Notes: generated from the sequence alone by a model not told the origin. Shown: positions 44,599 through 55,957, numbered from the stretch's first letter. The stretch: DNA of 64,000 nucleotides from Luteolibacter sp. (GCA_041686775.1 JAWLDG010000013.1:20612-84611), one strand, 5' to 3'. Numbers and translations are program-made.

Positions 44599-47500
44599 TT
44601 ATGCCTTGCGGGCGGCTTTCTTGGCAGCCTGTTTGGCGATTTTTTCGACCGGTTCGTCCTCGTCGATGCTGTGGGTGAGGATGAACTGGAGGTCGTCGAG
44701 GCCGAGGTTGGAGGCGAAGCCCTCGTCGCCGAGCACGTTGGTGACGAGCTGGGTCTTCTGATGCTGGAGGATGCGGATCTTCTCCTCGACGGTGTCGCGG
44801 GTGAGCAGGCGGTAGGCGATGACCTTGTTCTTCTGGCCGATGCGGTGGGTGCGGTCGATGGCCTGGTTTTCCACGGCCGGGTTCCACCACGGATCGTAGA
44901 GGATGACGTAGGAGGCGGAGGTCAGGTTGAGACCCGCGCCGCCGGCCTTGAGCGAGAGCATGAAGACGGACGGGTCCTTGGTGGTCTGGAATTTCTCGAT
45001 CTCGCCCTTGCGGTCCTTGGTCTGGCCGGTGAGGTAATTGTAGGGACGACCCTCGAGTTCGAGGCGCGCTTTGATGAGGTCGAGCATCGAGACGAACTGC
45101 GAGAACACGAGCACCTTGTGGCCTTCTTCGTGGAGCTGGTCCAATAGATAGAACAACGACTCCATTTTCGCCGATTCCTCCTTGAGGTATTTCGGATCGA
45201 TCAGACCGGGGTGGCAGCAGATCTGCCGCAGGCGCATGAGGCCCTGGAGGATGGCGAAGGAGTTTTTCTTCACCGCCTCGTCGGAATCGAGTCCGAGCAG
45301 CGCTTTCTGGATGCGTTTCAGTTCGGCCTTGTAGAGATCCATCTGGATGCCCTCCATCTTCGAGTAAACCTCCTCTTCGGTCCGCGGTGGCAGGTCCTGG
45401 GCGACCTGGAGCTTGGTGCGGCGCAGCAGGAAGGGGCGCAGGCGCGAGGCAAGGCGTTGTTGGGAGAGGGGATCCTTGCGTTTGTCGAAGCGCTTCTTGA
45501 AGTAGGCGCGGCTGCCGAGCACGCCGGGCATGGCGAAGGCCATCAGCGACCACATGTCGAGCAGGCGGTTCTCGATCGGCGTGCCGGTCAGGACGAGGCG
45601 GTTCTGCGAGTCGAGTTCACGCGCGCACTTGGCGGCCTTGGAATCCGGATTCTTGATCTGCTGGCCTTCGTCGAGGATGATGGTGAGCCATTTGATGTGG
45701 GACAATTCCTCGCCGCAGACACGGAGCTGGGCGTAGTTGAGGATGAGCATGTCCAGCTTGTTCTGGATTCTGTCCACATCGATGTCGTCGCGGTTCTTCA
45801 GAATGTGCACATTGAGATCGGGTGCGAATTTCTGAGCCTCGCTGGCCCAGACATCGAGCACCGACTTGGGACAGACGACCAAGGCCGGCTTCTTCGGTTG
45901 CTTGGTTTTCCTGTGTTCGTCGAGGAGCCAGAGCAGATAGGTGAGCGACTGGATGGTTTTGCCGAGCCCCATGTCGTCGGCGAGGATGCCGCCGAAATTG
46001 TTGACCGCGAGATAGGCGAGGAATTTGTAGCCCTCCACCTGATACGGGCGCAGGGTGGCGTTGAGCGCCTTGGGGAGGTCGGGGTTGACCTCCAACTTGA
46101 TGTCGCCCGCACGACCCTTGATGCGTTCCCACGCCTTGGGATCGAAGACCTCGGCGGCCTTCGGGTCGGCGAGTTGCAGCGCGTGCATCCGGTGGGTTTC
46201 TCCGGAGAGGTCGAAGGGGTCGAGCCCGAGGCGGGTGACGGCCTCGCGCTGGTCGGCGTCGAGTTTGATTTCTAGCCGCATCCATGAGCCGTCCTCCATC
46301 CGGACGTAGCCGCCGCGCGCGGCGACGAGCTGCCGGATCTGGGCCTTGCTGAGATTGACGCCCTGAACGTCGATGACAATGCGAAGGTCGAACCAGTCGA
46401 TGTCCTGGCCGACGACTTCGAATCGCACGGCGGCGGTGACGGGATCGGCGAGGATGGATTTGAGGCGCAGGTCGATGTCGAGTTCCACATCGGGCGGCAT
46501 CGCTTTAATCCATTCCGCGAATTTTTCCGGGAACTGCTTGGTAATTCGCGACTTGAAGGAAATGAGCTTCTCGTCGTAAGCAAGGCCCATCTCGTCGAGA
46601 ATGGCGGGCACGGGGTAAAGCGCCTCGCGGGCGAAACGCATCAGTTGCTTGCCCTTGACCGGGTGCTGCTCGGCAAGTTCCCAGCCGTCCTTGGTGAGGC
46701 GCTCGGTGCGGCGGCCCTTGGTCTCGACGGCGGTGACGTCCACCACCAGGTGCTCGGTTTCGGCCGCGGTGAGGCCGGCGACGAGTTTGAGTTCGAGCTT
46801 CGGCTTGAGTTCCAGATCGACCACGCGCTTGCGCAGCGATTCGGGCAACGAGGCACCGATTTTGCGCAGGAATTCGACCCCTTCGAGTGAGTCGATCACG
46901 CGCCGCGGGATGAGGTAGCGGGGCATGACCTCGGTTTCCTCGAGCCAGCGCGGCGGGCCGGGGAACACGGTTTCGTCGGACTGATAGAGTTCCTTGCGTC
47001 CGGGCAGCAGGCGCACCGAGTGGGAAACGTTCTCACCGGCGGCAGTGACGAGTTGGAGCGCGAAGCTCTTGTTGTCGTAGGGATCGTCCTCACAGACCCA
47101 GCACAAGGCGTCCTCGACCACCTTGAACTCGCGTTCGTCGAGGTTGACGATATGTCCCTTGAGCGCCGGCTGGCGGAAGACGCGGTTCATGAAACGGCAG
47201 GATTCCTCCTGGTCGAAGTCGAGCGTGGTCTCGCCAAGTTCGCGGTGGAAGGCCAGGAAGTGCTCCCAGAGCGTCTGGCTGGAGGCGTCCATGAGCAGGG
47301 CACCCTCGTGATGAAGCGCGGTATAGTGGGCGATTTCGTTTTTCTCACGCAACTGGATCCAGAAGGTGGACTTCGATTCCTTCACTTCCATCCGCGCCTC
47401 GTTGATCGTGGCCACGAGCCGGAAAGCCACGGTCAGCGGTTCCTCCTGTGGCGGACGCTCGTTGACCTGTTCGATGCGGTCATACCAGGCCGCCACTTCG

Positions 47501-48138
47501 CGTTCCTGCTCCCAATCCGCCATTTTCTTCTGAACGTGGCCTAGATCGGTGATCACGTTCATGAATTCCGGGTAGGGGAGCTTGCGCTTGAAAAACGCGT
47601 AGGCGAGGTAATTCCAGAACTCCATGATGTCGCCAGGCGGCATCGGCCACAGCTCCAGCGGTTCGTAGGTGGTGATTTCCCAACGCGGATTGATCCGGAC
47701 CATGTCGTGGTCGTGGAGTTCACCCTCGATCACGTAGCGGCGGTAGCGTTTCTCGATCTTGGAAACGAAATCCGCCTCCTTGTCGTCCAGTTCGCGGCCG
47801 AGCTTGTCCTCGATGATGTCGAGCACCGGCGTGTCGTCGAACTCGTTGGGCGATTCCGGGAGGTCCTCGCCGCGGTGCATGCGCTCCATCATCGTGGCGT
47901 ATTGGCAGGCACCGGCGACCAGCTCGTCCTCGGCGGTGCAGGAACCGAACCAGCGGTTTCCCTGAAGCCGCAGACTGGTGCGGAACGTCCCGGTCTCGTC
48001 CTCGACCCGGCCCTGGATGAACAGGTGGTTGCCGAATATCTGCGTGACGGCTCCGTCCTTCTGGAGCACTTCGCCGCGCTTGCGGGCTTCTTCGGGGAAA
48101 CTGTTGAGGAAATTGAGTGTGGCGCGATCTGGATTCAT
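44599..48138 (-). CDS. SNF2-family helicase with an N-terminal SWIM-like/SNF2-associated region
   Basis: ORF 44599..48369. The likely start is the ATG at 48138 or 48165. Motifs [20 protein letters not shown] and C-terminal helicase [11 protein letters not shown]. It ends 10 nt upstream of aroC. Confidence 0.9.
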   Translation of the reverse strand: MNPDRATLNFLNSFPEEARKRGEVLQKDGAVTQIFGNHLFIQGRVEDETGTFRTSLRLQGNRWFGSCTAEDELVAGACQYATMMERMHRGEDLPESPNEFDDTPVLDIIEDKLGRELDDKEADFVSKIEKRYRRYVIEGELHDHDMVRINPRWEITTYEPLELWPMPPGDIMEFWNYLAYAFFKRKLPYPEFMNVITDLGHVQKKMADWEQEREVAAWYDRIEQVNERPPQEEPLTVAFRLVATINEARMEVKESKSTFWIQLREKNEIAHYTALHHEGALLMDASSQTLWEHFLAFHRELGETTLDFDQEESCRFMNRVFRQPALKGHIVNLDEREFKVVEDALCWVCEDDPYDNKSFALQLVTAAGENVSHSVRLLPGRKELYQSDETVFPGPPRWLEETEVMPRYLIPRRVIDSLEGVEFLRKIGASLPESLRKRVVDLELKPKLELKLVAGLTAAETEHLVVDVTAVETKGRRTERLTKDGWELAEQHPVKGKQLMRFAREALYPVPAILDEMGLAYDEKLISFKSRITKQFPEKFAEWIKAMPPDVELDIDLRLKSILADPVTAAVRFEVVGQDIDWFDLRIVIDVQGVNLSKAQIRQLVAARGGYVRMEDGSWMRLEIKLDADQREAVTRLGLDPFDLSGETHRMHALQLADPKAAEVFDPKAWERIKGRAGDIKLEVNPDLPKALNATLRPYQVEGYKFLAYLAVNNFGGILADDMGLGKTIQSLTYLLWLLDEHRKTKQPKKPALVVCPKSVLDVWASEAQKFAPDLNVHILKNRDDIDVDRIQNKLDMLILNYAQLRVCGEELSHIKWLTIILDEGQQIKNPDSKAAKCARELDSQNRLVLTGTPIENRLLDMWSLMAFAMPGVLGSRAYFKKRFDKRKDPLSQQRLASRLRPFLLRRTKLQVAQDLPPRTEEEVYSKMEGIQMDLYKAELKRIQKALLGLDSDEAVKKNSFAILQGLMRLRQICCHPGLIDPKYLKEESAKMESLFYLLDQLHEEGHKVLVFSQFVSMLDLIKARLELEGRPYNYLTGQTKDRKGEIEKFQTTKDPSVFMLSLKAGGAGLNLTSASYVILYDPWWNPAVENQAIDRTHRIGQKNKVIAYRLLTRDTVEEKIRILQHQKTQLVTNVLGDEGFASNLGLDDLQFILTHSIDEDEPVEKIAKQAAKKAARKA

Positions 48139-48544
48139 CTCGATGGATGGAAATGGGTTCCGCATTACGGCTGCGCTTTTCGGTGGAAAAACGCCAACAG
48201 CCGCGGGCGGCGAGGTTAATCCACGGATTTTGCACGAATCAACCAAAACCTTGTACGAAGACGTGCGGAGGCCGTGCATTCCATCTGCGGTCCAATCGGA
48301 CGCCGAGTCCTCATCATGACGCGACTCCATCCAATGCACGGACCACCGAAGCGGAGTGGATAAATCCAAGCAGGACCGGACACGATCATGCTGCTAGGCG
48401 CATTCAACCTAACGAGCGCACCTGGAAACATGAAACCCGCAACCCAAACAAACAACTTGTGACAATGTATGTAATGCGGAATCAAGAGGCGGAGCTTTGA
48501 ATGGCTTCAAATAAGTGACCCTCGCCCGGACCCGGGTCGTCGTT

Positions 48545-48844
48545 TCAGGCCAGATCGGTCACCAGCACCCTGCTCCACCACTCCTTGTGGGCGTCGATGA
48601 AGGCCTGATGGTCCGGGTGATCCTGATAGGCGTTGTGCTCCTCGACGGAGACGAACTGCATGTCGAGCGCGTAGTCCCAAGACTGGTCGCAGACCGGCCG
48701 CGGCGGCACGGCTGCCGGTTCGGCCCAGCGACCGCCTTGCATCAGCGGGATCGCGCACAGAGCGTCGAGTGCTTTTTCGAATGTCTCCCGGTCGGCCGGG
48801 TTTTGCCTTTCCTCCTTGAGCCAGAAATACACATGGTGGTCCAT
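48545..48844 (-). CDS. Dabb (stress-responsive A/B barrel) family protein
   Basis: ORF 48545..48880. I prefer the ATG at 48844 (MDHHVYFWLKE...). Sequence EEHNAYQDHPDHQAFI is typical of Dabb. Confidence 0.75.
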   Translation of the reverse strand: MDHHVYFWLKEERQNPADRETFEKALDALCAIPLMQGGRWAEPAAVPPRPVCDQSWDYALDMQFVSVEEHNAYQDHPDHQAFIDAHKEWWSRVLVTDLA

Positions 48845-48949
48845 GGCACGGAGGGAACAAACGACACATGCCCGTAGCAAGCGCGGATTTCCCGCTCAAC
48901 ATTTCCGTTGCCGGGCACCGGAGGGGTTCTAGGATTCCAGCACGTTCAC

Positions 48950-50407
48950 ATGAAACTTTCCGCCATCGTCATCCCGCTCATTCTGGCAAGTCTTCCGCTC
49001 CCCGCCCAGGAAACGGTGCCGTCGGAGGTTTATCGCTCGGTGCTCCGGATCGAGGCCGCGACGCAGATACCCGATTACGAAACGCCATGGAACAGCGGCC
49101 GCTTCAGCGGCGGCATCGGCACCGGATTCATCATCGGCGACAACCGCATCCTGACCAACGCCCATGTCGTTTCCAACGCCCGGCGCTTGTTGATCACCGT
49201 CCATGGCAGCCCGGAAAAATACCCGGCCAAGGTGGAATACATCGCGCACGATTGCGACCTGGCGCTGCTTTCCGTCGAGGATTTTTCGGATTTCGAATCC
49301 TTCCCGCGCTTTGAAATCGGTGAAGTGCCGAAGCTCGAATCGCAGGTCCGCGTGATCGGCTATCCAATCGGCGGCGAGCGGCTCTCGGTCACGCGCGGCG
49401 TCGTTTCGCGCATCGATTTCCAACCCTACTCGCACACCCGCGCCGATTCCCATCTGGTGGTGCAGATCGACGCGGCGATCAACCCCGGCAACTCCGGCGG
49501 CCCGGTGCTGCAGGACGACAAGGTGGTCGGCGTCGCCTTCCAGGGACTGCGCCAGGCCGACAACACCGGATACATCATCCCCACTCCCGTGGTGCGGCGT
49601 TTTTTGAAGGACATCGAGGACGGCCGCTACGACCACTACGTGGACCTCGGCATCACCGAATTCGCGCTGCACAACCCCGCGATGCGCCGCGCCCTCGAAC
49701 TGCCCGACGACGGCATGGGCGTGCTCATCACCAACGTGATTCCCACCGGCTCCTGCGACGGCGTGCTCGAACCCGGCGACGTGCTGCTGGCCCTCAACGG
49801 CCATGAGGTGGACAGCGCGGGCATGATCCGCATCGATGGCGAAAAGACCAACCTCAACGAGATCGTCGAGCGCCGTTTCGCCGGCGACAGCATCACCGTC
49901 ACCTTCATCCGCAACGGCGAAAGGCAGCAGGCGGAGATCGTGCTCAAGCCCCTTCCCCCATCGCGAATGTATGCCATCCAGTATGAGAAACAGCCGCGCT
50001 ACGTGGTTTTCGCCGGACTGGTTTTCCAACCGCTCGACACCAACCTGTTCGCCACCGCGAAGTTCGACGACGTCACCGTGCGCCGGCTTTACACCGACTA
50101 CCTGCCGAAGGCGCTGTTCAAGGAGCGGCGCGACATCGTAATACTCACCCGGGTGGAAAACGACCCGGTCAACAGCCGCCTGTCATCGTTCACCGGATAC
50201 GCGGTGGACAAGATCAACGGCGTGGAAATCACAAGTCTCGACCATGCCCATGAGTTGTTATATTCCGAAAATCCTCCGGAATATCATGTCATCGAATTGT
50301 TCGGAGCCAGCCGTCCGCTGGTGATTGCCGCGGCCGAAGTCGAGGCCGCGAACCGCCGGGTGGCCGCGAACTACGGCATCGCCGAACTCGTCAACCTCGA
50401 GGAATGA
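48950..50407 (+). CDS. Secreted trypsin-like serine protease with a PDZ region (S1C/DegP-like)
   Basis: ORF 48908..50407. I prefer the ATG at 48950 (MKLSAIVIPLILASLPLPAQE). Catalytic His (LTNAHVV), Asp (DCDLALL) and Ser (GNSGGPV). Confidence 0.85.
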   Translation: MKLSAIVIPLILASLPLPAQETVPSEVYRSVLRIEAATQIPDYETPWNSGRFSGGIGTGFIIGDNRILTNAHVVSNARRLLITVHGSPEKYPAKVEYIAHDCDLALLSVEDFSDFESFPRFEIGEVPKLESQVRVIGYPIGGERLSVTRGVVSRIDFQPYSHTRADSHLVVQIDAAINPGNSGGPVLQDDKVVGVAFQGLRQADNTGYIIPTPVVRRFLKDIEDGRYDHYVDLGITEFALHNPAMRRALELPDDGMGVLITNVIPTGSCDGVLEPGDVLLALNGHEVDSAGMIRIDGEKTNLNEIVERRFAGDSITVTFIRNGERQQAEIVLKPLPPSRMYAIQYEKQPRYVVFAGLVFQPLDTNLFATAKFDDVTVRRLYTDYLPKALFKERRDIVILTRVENDPVNSRLSSFTGYAVDKINGVEITSLDHAHELLYSENPPEYHVIELFGASRPLVIAAAEVEAANRRVAANYGIAELVNLEE

Positions 50408-50904
50408 TCCGCCGCTGCGGCATCGCGCTGGGATCCAATCTCGGCGACAGTCGGAAAATGCTGCGCGCAGCGATCGCGTCGTTGCGTGAAATCGCGGTTC
50501 CCGGCGAGGCGTTTTTGGAGGCTCCGGTCTATCGCACGCCCCCCCTCGCCTGCCCCGCCGGCTCGCCGGACTTCCTCAATACGGTGGTCGAACTCGCATG
50601 GAACGGCACACCGCATCATCTGTTAGATCAAACCAGCGGCATCGAACAACAGCTTGGCCGGACCCGCGGCGCGGAACGCAACGCCCCGCGCACCATCGAT
50701 CTCGATCTGCTTTACTGTGGCGGGCTGGAACTCGCCGACACCGACCTCACACTCCCCCACCCCCGCATCGCCGAACGGCGCTTCGTGCTGCAGCCGCTGG
50801 CCGACATCCGCCCCGGGCTCGTCCTGCCCGGCATGTCGTTTCCTGTTAGTGTTATGTTAGAAAACCTCGCCGATTCCGGGCCTCCTCCGGTCCCGAAGGA
50901 TTGA
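50404..50904 (+). CDS. folK: 2-amino-4-hydroxy-6-hydroxymethyldihydropteridine diphosphokinase
   Basis: ORF 50404..50904. ATGA overlap with the protease stop. Sequences IALGSNLGD, RTIDLDLL and LPHPRIAERRFVLQPLADI. Confidence 0.9.
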   Translation: MIRRCGIALGSNLGDSRKMLRAAIASLREIAVPGEAFLEAPVYRTPPLACPAGSPDFLNTVVELAWNGTPHHLLDQTSGIEQQLGRTRGAERNAPRTIDLDLLYCGGLELADTDLTLPHPRIAERRFVLQPLADIRPGLVLPGMSFPVSVMLENLADSGPPPVPKD

Positions 50905-50923
50905 GCCAGAGGGTTCGAACGTT

Positions 50924-51196
50924 TCAATCGTGCGCGATTTCGGCGGCCACCCCGTCGTCCGCCGCGATCCGGAATCTCCGGAGCCAGGGCAGCACCAGGA
51001 TCAGCACGCCGTTGCGCGCGCGGGTGGCTTCCATCCCCAGCCGCCGGAAGACGCGCCGCGCGTAGGGGCCCACGCGGATCCATATGCGATAGGACACGCA
51101 CACGCGGATTTCCGCACTGGTCCGCGATACCGTGGTCCGGATGGGATCCACCACCGCCTGTTCCTCGTCGGTATTGAGAAAATCGTGTCGAAGCAA
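50924..51196 (-). CDS. Short TPM-domain-like ORF, possibly truncated
   Basis: ORF 50924..51196 (90 aa). Sequences TSAEIRVCV and LGMEATRARNGVLILV resemble the N-terminal half of TPM/DUF477 proteins. The ORF stops 20 nt from the convergent folK stop, so the usual C-terminal half is absent. Confidence 0.4.
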   Translation of the reverse strand: MLRHDFLNTDEEQAVVDPIRTTVSRTSAEIRVCVSYRIWIRVGPYARRVFRRLGMEATRARNGVLILVLPWLRRFRIAADDGVAAEIAHD

Positions 51197-51216
51197 TTGT
51201 CCCGCGCCACGATGCC

Positions 51217-51251
51217 AAAAACCCCCGCCGCGGGCAGCGGTCGGGGGTTTT
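51217..51251 (-). terminator. Intrinsic terminator after the Gfo/Idh/MocA gene
   Basis: AAAAACCCCCG (51217-51227) pairs with CGGGGGTTTT (51242-51251), giving a 10-bp GC stem. On the minus strand the stem is followed by TTTTT. Confidence 0.75.
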
Positions 51252-51275
51252 GGTAAACGGTGTGCGTGATATCTG

Positions 51276-52466
51276 TCAGACCGCCTTGGGCATCCTGGTC
51301 CAGGCGCCTTTCTTGGCGTTGCTCTTCACGCAGGTCTCGATGAAGGCGATGCCGGTCCAGCCGTCCTCGACACTGGCGTATTGCGAGCCGTCGCTGGCGA
51401 AGGATTTGCCGGCCTTCCACTTGCGGACGTCGCTCTCGAACGCGCGGTGCAGGCGGGCGAAGGCGTCATGGAACGCCTCCGGGTGGCCGGCGGGAATGGT
51501 CGGTTCCGCCATCAGTCCGGCGGGCATTTTCTTCGGCAGGAAACCGTCGCCGGGAGTCACCGCGCCGCGCCAGTAAACGCGGTCCGGCTGGTCAGGCAGA
51601 TGGACGACGAGTTTTTCCGGGTCTTCCTGTTTCCAGACGATGGTGCCCTTGGTGCCGGCGATGACGATGCCGAGGTCGTTCTTGTGGCCGATGCAGATCT
51701 GCGAGGCGCGGACGAGCGCCTTGCCGCCGTTGGAGAGCTTGCAGTAGATGGTGAAGTGGTCGTCCAGCATGCGGCCTTCGACGAAGGTTTCCATGTGGGC
51801 GGAAAGCTCGGTGACGTCGAGGCCGGTGACGTAGCGCAGCTGCATGAGCGCGTGGGTGCCGATGTCGCCGCCACAGCCGGAGCCGCCTGCGCGCTTGGGA
51901 TCGACGCGCCACGAGGCCTGTTGCTGGCCGGTGGCTTCAAGCTTCGAGGCGAGCCAGCCCTGGATGTAATAACTGTCCACCCAGCGGACGTCGCCGATCA
52001 GTCCGCTCTGGACGATGAATCGGCTGAGACGGGTGGTCCAGTGGCCGAGGTAGGTATGAGCCACGGCGAAGGGCACGTTGAGCTTGCGCGAGGTTTTGAC
52101 CAATTCGTTCGCCTCCTTGAGATTGAGGCAAAGCGGTTTCTCGCAGAACACGGCGATGCCGGCCTTCATCGCCTTCATGGCCGGATCGAAGTGTACGAAG
52201 TTCGGCGTGACGATGAGGATGTAGTCGAGTTTCTCATCGGCCGGAGCGGACGCGTTGGCGGCGATCATCTCGTCGTAGGAACCGTAACCCTTGATCGGAT
52301 AGGGCCAGTTTGCGGCTTCTTCGAGCGCCACCTTGGGATCAGGGAACAGCGCGCCGGCCACCACGCGGCGGGTGCCGTCCATGTGAATGGCTTTCTGGTG
52401 GGGCTGCACGATGAAGGCTCCCTTGCCGCCTCCGACGAGACCGATGTTGAGTGGTTTGTTGGACAT
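51276..52466 (-). CDS. Gfo/Idh/MocA family oxidoreductase
   Basis: ORF 51276..52532. I prefer the ATG at 52466 (MSNKPLNIGLVGGGKGAFI is a Rossmann N-terminus). A strong intrinsic terminator follows it. Confidence 0.85.
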   Translation of the reverse strand: MSNKPLNIGLVGGGKGAFIVQPHQKAIHMDGTRRVVAGALFPDPKVALEEAANWPYPIKGYGSYDEMIAANASAPADEKLDYILIVTPNFVHFDPAMKAMKAGIAVFCEKPLCLNLKEANELVKTSRKLNVPFAVAHTYLGHWTTRLSRFIVQSGLIGDVRWVDSYYIQGWLASKLEATGQQQASWRVDPKRAGGSGCGGDIGTHALMQLRYVTGLDVTELSAHMETFVEGRMLDDHFTIYCKLSNGGKALVRASQICIGHKNDLGIVIAGTKGTIVWKQEDPEKLVVHLPDQPDRVYWRGAVTPGDGFLPKKMPAGLMAEPTIPAGHPEAFHDAFARLHRAFESDVRKWKAGKSFASDGSQYASVEDGWTGIAFIETCVKSNAKKGAWTRMPKAV

Positions 52467-52513
52467 GTGCTTGTGGGGTTGTGGGTTGAAACGAGGGATC
52501 GGGTTGGCTACTT

Positions 52514-53491
52514 TCACGCGCCTTCCTGCCATGAGCCGAAGGCGCGGAACTTGTCATAGCGCGCCTGCAGCATGCGCTCGACGCCCATCGCGGAAATTTC
52601 ATCGAGATGGCGTTCGACAATTTCGCGGAATGCGGCGGCGGTGGCCTTGTGATCGTGATGCGCGCCGCCGGGAGGTTCGGGGATGACGTCGTCGATGAGT
52701 TTGAGTTTCCGGAGGTCGGGGGCGACGAGTTTCATCGCTTCGGCGGCTTCGGGCGCATGCTTGCGATGTTTCCAGAGAATCGCGGCGCAACCTTCGGGGC
52801 TGATGACCGAGTAGTAGGCGTTTTCCAACATCAGGACGCGATCGGCCACGCCGATGCCGAGAGCGCCGCCGGAGCCACCCTCGCCGAGCACCACGGCAAT
52901 GACGGGCACCTTTAGCAGCATCATCTCACGGAGGTTGTAGGCGATGGCCTCGGCGATGTTTCGCTCCTCGGCACCGATGCCGGGAAAGGCCCCGGGCGTG
53001 TCGATGAGCGTGATCACGGGCAGGCCGAATTTTTCCGCGAGCTTCATCAGTCGCAGTGCCTTGCGGTATCCTTCCGGGTGGGCGCTGCCGAAGTTGCGCA
53101 TCAGGTTCTCCTTGGTGTCGCGCCCCTTCTGGTGGCCGATCACGACCACCCGCCGGTCGCCGAGGCGGGCGAATCCGCCAGGCATCGAGGCGTCGTCACC
53201 GATGTGGCGGTCGCCGTGCAACTCGCAGAAACCGGTGAAGGCGTGGGAAACGTAATCGAGCATGAACGGGCGGCTGGTGTGGCGTGCGATCTGCACCCGC
53301 TGCCAAGGCGTGAGATTTTCGTAAATCCTGGCCCTGGTTTCGGCGAGTTTGCCCTCCATCATGGAGATCTCACCGGACATGTCGATGTTTTGGGACGCGG
53401 CCTTGGCCCTCAGCTTTTCGAGTTCGCGCTCCAGTTCGGCCGCCGGCTTTTCGAATTCGAGCAACTGCATGGAGTGAGTTTCAGGATTCAA
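52514..53491 (-). CDS. accA: Acetyl-CoA carboxylase carboxyltransferase alpha subunit
   Basis: ORF 52514..53491. Sequences LEFEKPAAELE, TPWQRVQIARHTSRP, and GAFPGIGAEERNIAEAIA (the typical form is GAYPGIGAEERGQ). Confidence 0.95.
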   Translation of the reverse strand: MNPETHSMQLLEFEKPAAELERELEKLRAKAASQNIDMSGEISMMEGKLAETRARIYENLTPWQRVQIARHTSRPFMLDYVSHAFTGFCELHGDRHIGDDASMPGGFARLGDRRVVVIGHQKGRDTKENLMRNFGSAHPEGYRKALRLMKLAEKFGLPVITLIDTPGAFPGIGAEERNIAEAIAYNLREMMLLKVPVIAVVLGEGGSGGALGIGVADRVLMLENAYYSVISPEGCAAILWKHRKHAPEAAEAMKLVAPDLRKLKLIDDVIPEPPGGAHHDHKATAAAFREIVERHLDEISAMGVERMLQARYDKFRAFGSWQEGA

Positions 53492-53554
53492 CCCGTGAAT
53501 GCAAGACGGGAGGCGCGCCGGGTCCGTGGCGCGCGCCCGAGGGAGCCGCGCGGC

Positions 53555-55957
53555 TCAATAGGTGTAGTTGAGATAGAAGTTGAACTGACCGCCCTTGTCC
53601 GCCTCATCGTCCGGCGAGGAGACCGGGATCGCGTAGTCGAGCGCGAGTGGCAGCGGGCTGATCGGGAGCTGGAGGCGCACGCCCACACCCACATCGCTGT
53701 AGATGTCGTCCGGCGCGGGGTCCCAGCTGTCGAGGTTCACGAAACCGGCGTCGTAGAACACGGCGGCACGCACCGTGTCGATGATCGGGACGGTGTATTC
53801 CACGCTCATGTAGCCGAGCGAGTTGCCGCCGTAAACGTCGTCGGTGTAGCCGGTGTCGCGCGGGCCCACATCGCGGAACTCAAAGCCGCGCAAAGTACGG
53901 CCGCCGCCCAGGAACATGCGCTCGAAGACCGGCACCTCGCCGCTCACGGCGTCCACGAAGGCGAGTTCGCCGCTGAGCGAGAGGATCGTGTCCCACTTCA
54001 GGTTCCAGTATTTCTGGCCCTGGGCGGAAATGGTGAAGGTGTCCACGTCGCCGCCGAGGCCCGCGTAAGTGAGCCCGAGGTCCACCTTGTGGCCGGTGCG
54101 CGGCACGATGTTGCTGTCGCGGGTATCGAGCACCCAGTTCACCGCCAGTGCCGCGCGCAGGAAGTCGCCGCCGATTTCTTCCTCGGACAGGAAGGAGTTG
54201 GCGCCGCTGGTCGGGTCGAGCGGATCGTTTCCGGTGCCGCCAGTACCGTTGGCGAAGGTGTCGCCGGCATCCACATCGGAATCGATCTTCACGTTTTCAA
54301 CCCGCAGCTCGCCGCGGATGTAGCTTTTGTCGGTGAGCGGTTTGCGCAGCGAGATGGCGGCACCGGCATTGGTCTGCTCGAAGTAATCGCTGAAATAGGT
54401 GGACTGTTTGTAGAACAACTCGCCGCCGAGCGCGAGCTGGCGGTCGAGGAACCATGGCTCGACGAGCGAGATGCTGGCCTCGGAGCGTTCGTTGCCCAGG
54501 CGCAGATTCATGGCGAAACGCTGGCCGCCACCGGTGAAGTTCCACGGGTTGAAGAGGTCGAAGTTCGACTGCTCGAGGGTGAGGAAACCGACCACGCTGT
54601 CGATCGAACTGAAGCCGATGCCCACGCCCACCGAACCGGTGGCGCGCTCTTCGACGAGCACGTCGAGGTCGCGATAACCGCCGCCGGCGGGCACGCCGGT
54701 GACCTGCACGTCACTGAAGTATTGCAGGTTTTCGAGGCGGGCCTTGGTGGTTTCGAGTTCCACCGAGTTGAACCAATCGCCCGGTTGGAGAGGGACCTCG
54801 CGGCGGATCACCTTGTCCTTGGTCTTGGTGTTGCCGGCGATGTTCACCTTGCCGACGCGGTAGCGCGAGCCTTCGGTGATGCGATAGATGATGGTAACGC
54901 GGTTCGGGCCGGCGTCGCGGATGTCCGGCGAGACGGTGGCGTCGGCGTAACCACGGGATCCATAGTAGCTGCGGATCATGGTGATGTCCGCGCGCATTTT
55001 CTTCGAACTGTAGGGATCGTTGCCGTTGAGGGTGAGCGCCGGATAGAGTTCCTCCGGCTTGAAGACCGTCATCTTGCCGAAACCGACGCCGGCGACGGTG
55101 TATTTGTCGCCCTCCTCGATCGGGATGACGATGTCCACGCGGCCGTCCTTGACCGGCTCGCGGCGGATGCCGGGACAGTTGACGCGGAGGTAGCCGCGAC
55201 TGCGGTAGAAATCGAGCACCGCGTTGAGGTCCTCGTCGAGCTGGTCGGTCTCGATGCGGCCGGACTTGGTGAGCCACGAGAACCAGCCCTTGGGCTTGGT
55301 CTTCATTTCCTTGCGCAGCTCGTTGTCGGTGAAGACCGTGTTGCCCTCGAAACGGATCTTGCGGATCTCGTTCTTGCCGCCTTCCTCGATCACGAAAATG
55401 AGATCCGCCACGCCTTCGTTTTCGGTGGGCTGGATGCGGTGGCTCACGCTCACATCGGGATAGCCGTAGCCACGGTAGTAGTTCTCGATGTTGCGGCGGG
55501 CTTCGAGGATTTCCGCATCGCTCATCACGCCGCGGGGCTTGAGCTTGGTCTCACGCGCCAGTTTCTGGTCGGAGAAAACGGTGTTGCCCATGAAGCCCAC
55601 GCCGCCACGCATCGGACGGGTGGTCACCTCGGCAATGAGGCGGACGCTGTCACCCACCGGCTCGGCGAGAAACCGCACGTCGTCCACCAGGCCGGATTCG
55701 TAGAGGGCTGCGATGTCGCGGTCGAGGTTCTCGGCGCGGTAGGTGCCGCCGGCCTTGGAACTCATCTGGTTGCGTAGCGCGTCCTCGTTCACCGTCTTGG
55801 GACCACGGTAGCGGATGTCCACCGCGGTGATGTTTTTGCCCTCGAAGTCCTGAGCGTGCAGAGTGCCGATCATGGAAGCGAGGGCAACGCAGGCGAGGGT
55901 GGCGGTCCGGGCCAGACGGCCGGTGATGAGGTGGCGGGAAAAAGGAAATCGGCGCAT
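53555..55957 (-). CDS. bamA: Outer membrane protein assembly factor BamA (POTRA repeats plus Omp85 barrel)
   Basis: ORF 53555..56008. I prefer the ATG at 55957 (MRRFPFSRHL... then a signal peptide). POTRA-like repeats (I..V.F.GN..F), a barrel with VRGF-type RTLRGFEF, and a C-terminal aromatic residue (...NYTY). Confidence 0.9.
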   Translation of the reverse strand: MRRFPFSRHLITGRLARTATLACVALASMIGTLHAQDFEGKNITAVDIRYRGPKTVNEDALRNQMSSKAGGTYRAENLDRDIAALYESGLVDDVRFLAEPVGDSVRLIAEVTTRPMRGGVGFMGNTVFSDQKLARETKLKPRGVMSDAEILEARRNIENYYRGYGYPDVSVSHRIQPTENEGVADLIFVIEEGGKNEIRKIRFEGNTVFTDNELRKEMKTKPKGWFSWLTKSGRIETDQLDEDLNAVLDFYRSRGYLRVNCPGIRREPVKDGRVDIVIPIEEGDKYTVAGVGFGKMTVFKPEELYPALTLNGNDPYSSKKMRADITMIRSYYGSRGYADATVSPDIRDAGPNRVTIIYRITEGSRYRVGKVNIAGNTKTKDKVIRREVPLQPGDWFNSVELETTKARLENLQYFSDVQVTGVPAGGGYRDLDVLVEERATGSVGVGIGFSSIDSVVGFLTLEQSNFDLFNPWNFTGGGQRFAMNLRLGNERSEASISLVEPWFLDRQLALGGELFYKQSTYFSDYFEQTNAGAAISLRKPLTDKSYIRGELRVENVKIDSDVDAGDTFANGTGGTGNDPLDPTSGANSFLSEEEIGGDFLRAALAVNWVLDTRDSNIVPRTGHKVDLGLTYAGLGGDVDTFTISAQGQKYWNLKWDTILSLSGELAFVDAVSGEVPVFERMFLGGGRTLRGFEFRDVGPRDTGYTDDVYGGNSLGYMSVEYTVPIIDTVRAAVFYDAGFVNLDSWDPAPDDIYSDVGVGVRLQLPISPLPLALDYAIPVSSPDDEADKGGQFNFYLNYTY

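Noticed and set aside
44291-45553. 420-aa minus-strand ORF spanning the aroC/SNF2 junction
   Set aside because: It is an alternative frame of two well-supported genes, and the product is Arg/Pro/Gly-rich nonsense.
53078-55777. 899-aa ORF on the + strand
   Set aside because: It is entirely antisense to bamA, whose POTRA/Omp85 features are clear. The product is a Gly/Ala/Val/Arg/His-rich low-complexity string, typical of antisense frames in GC-rich DNA.
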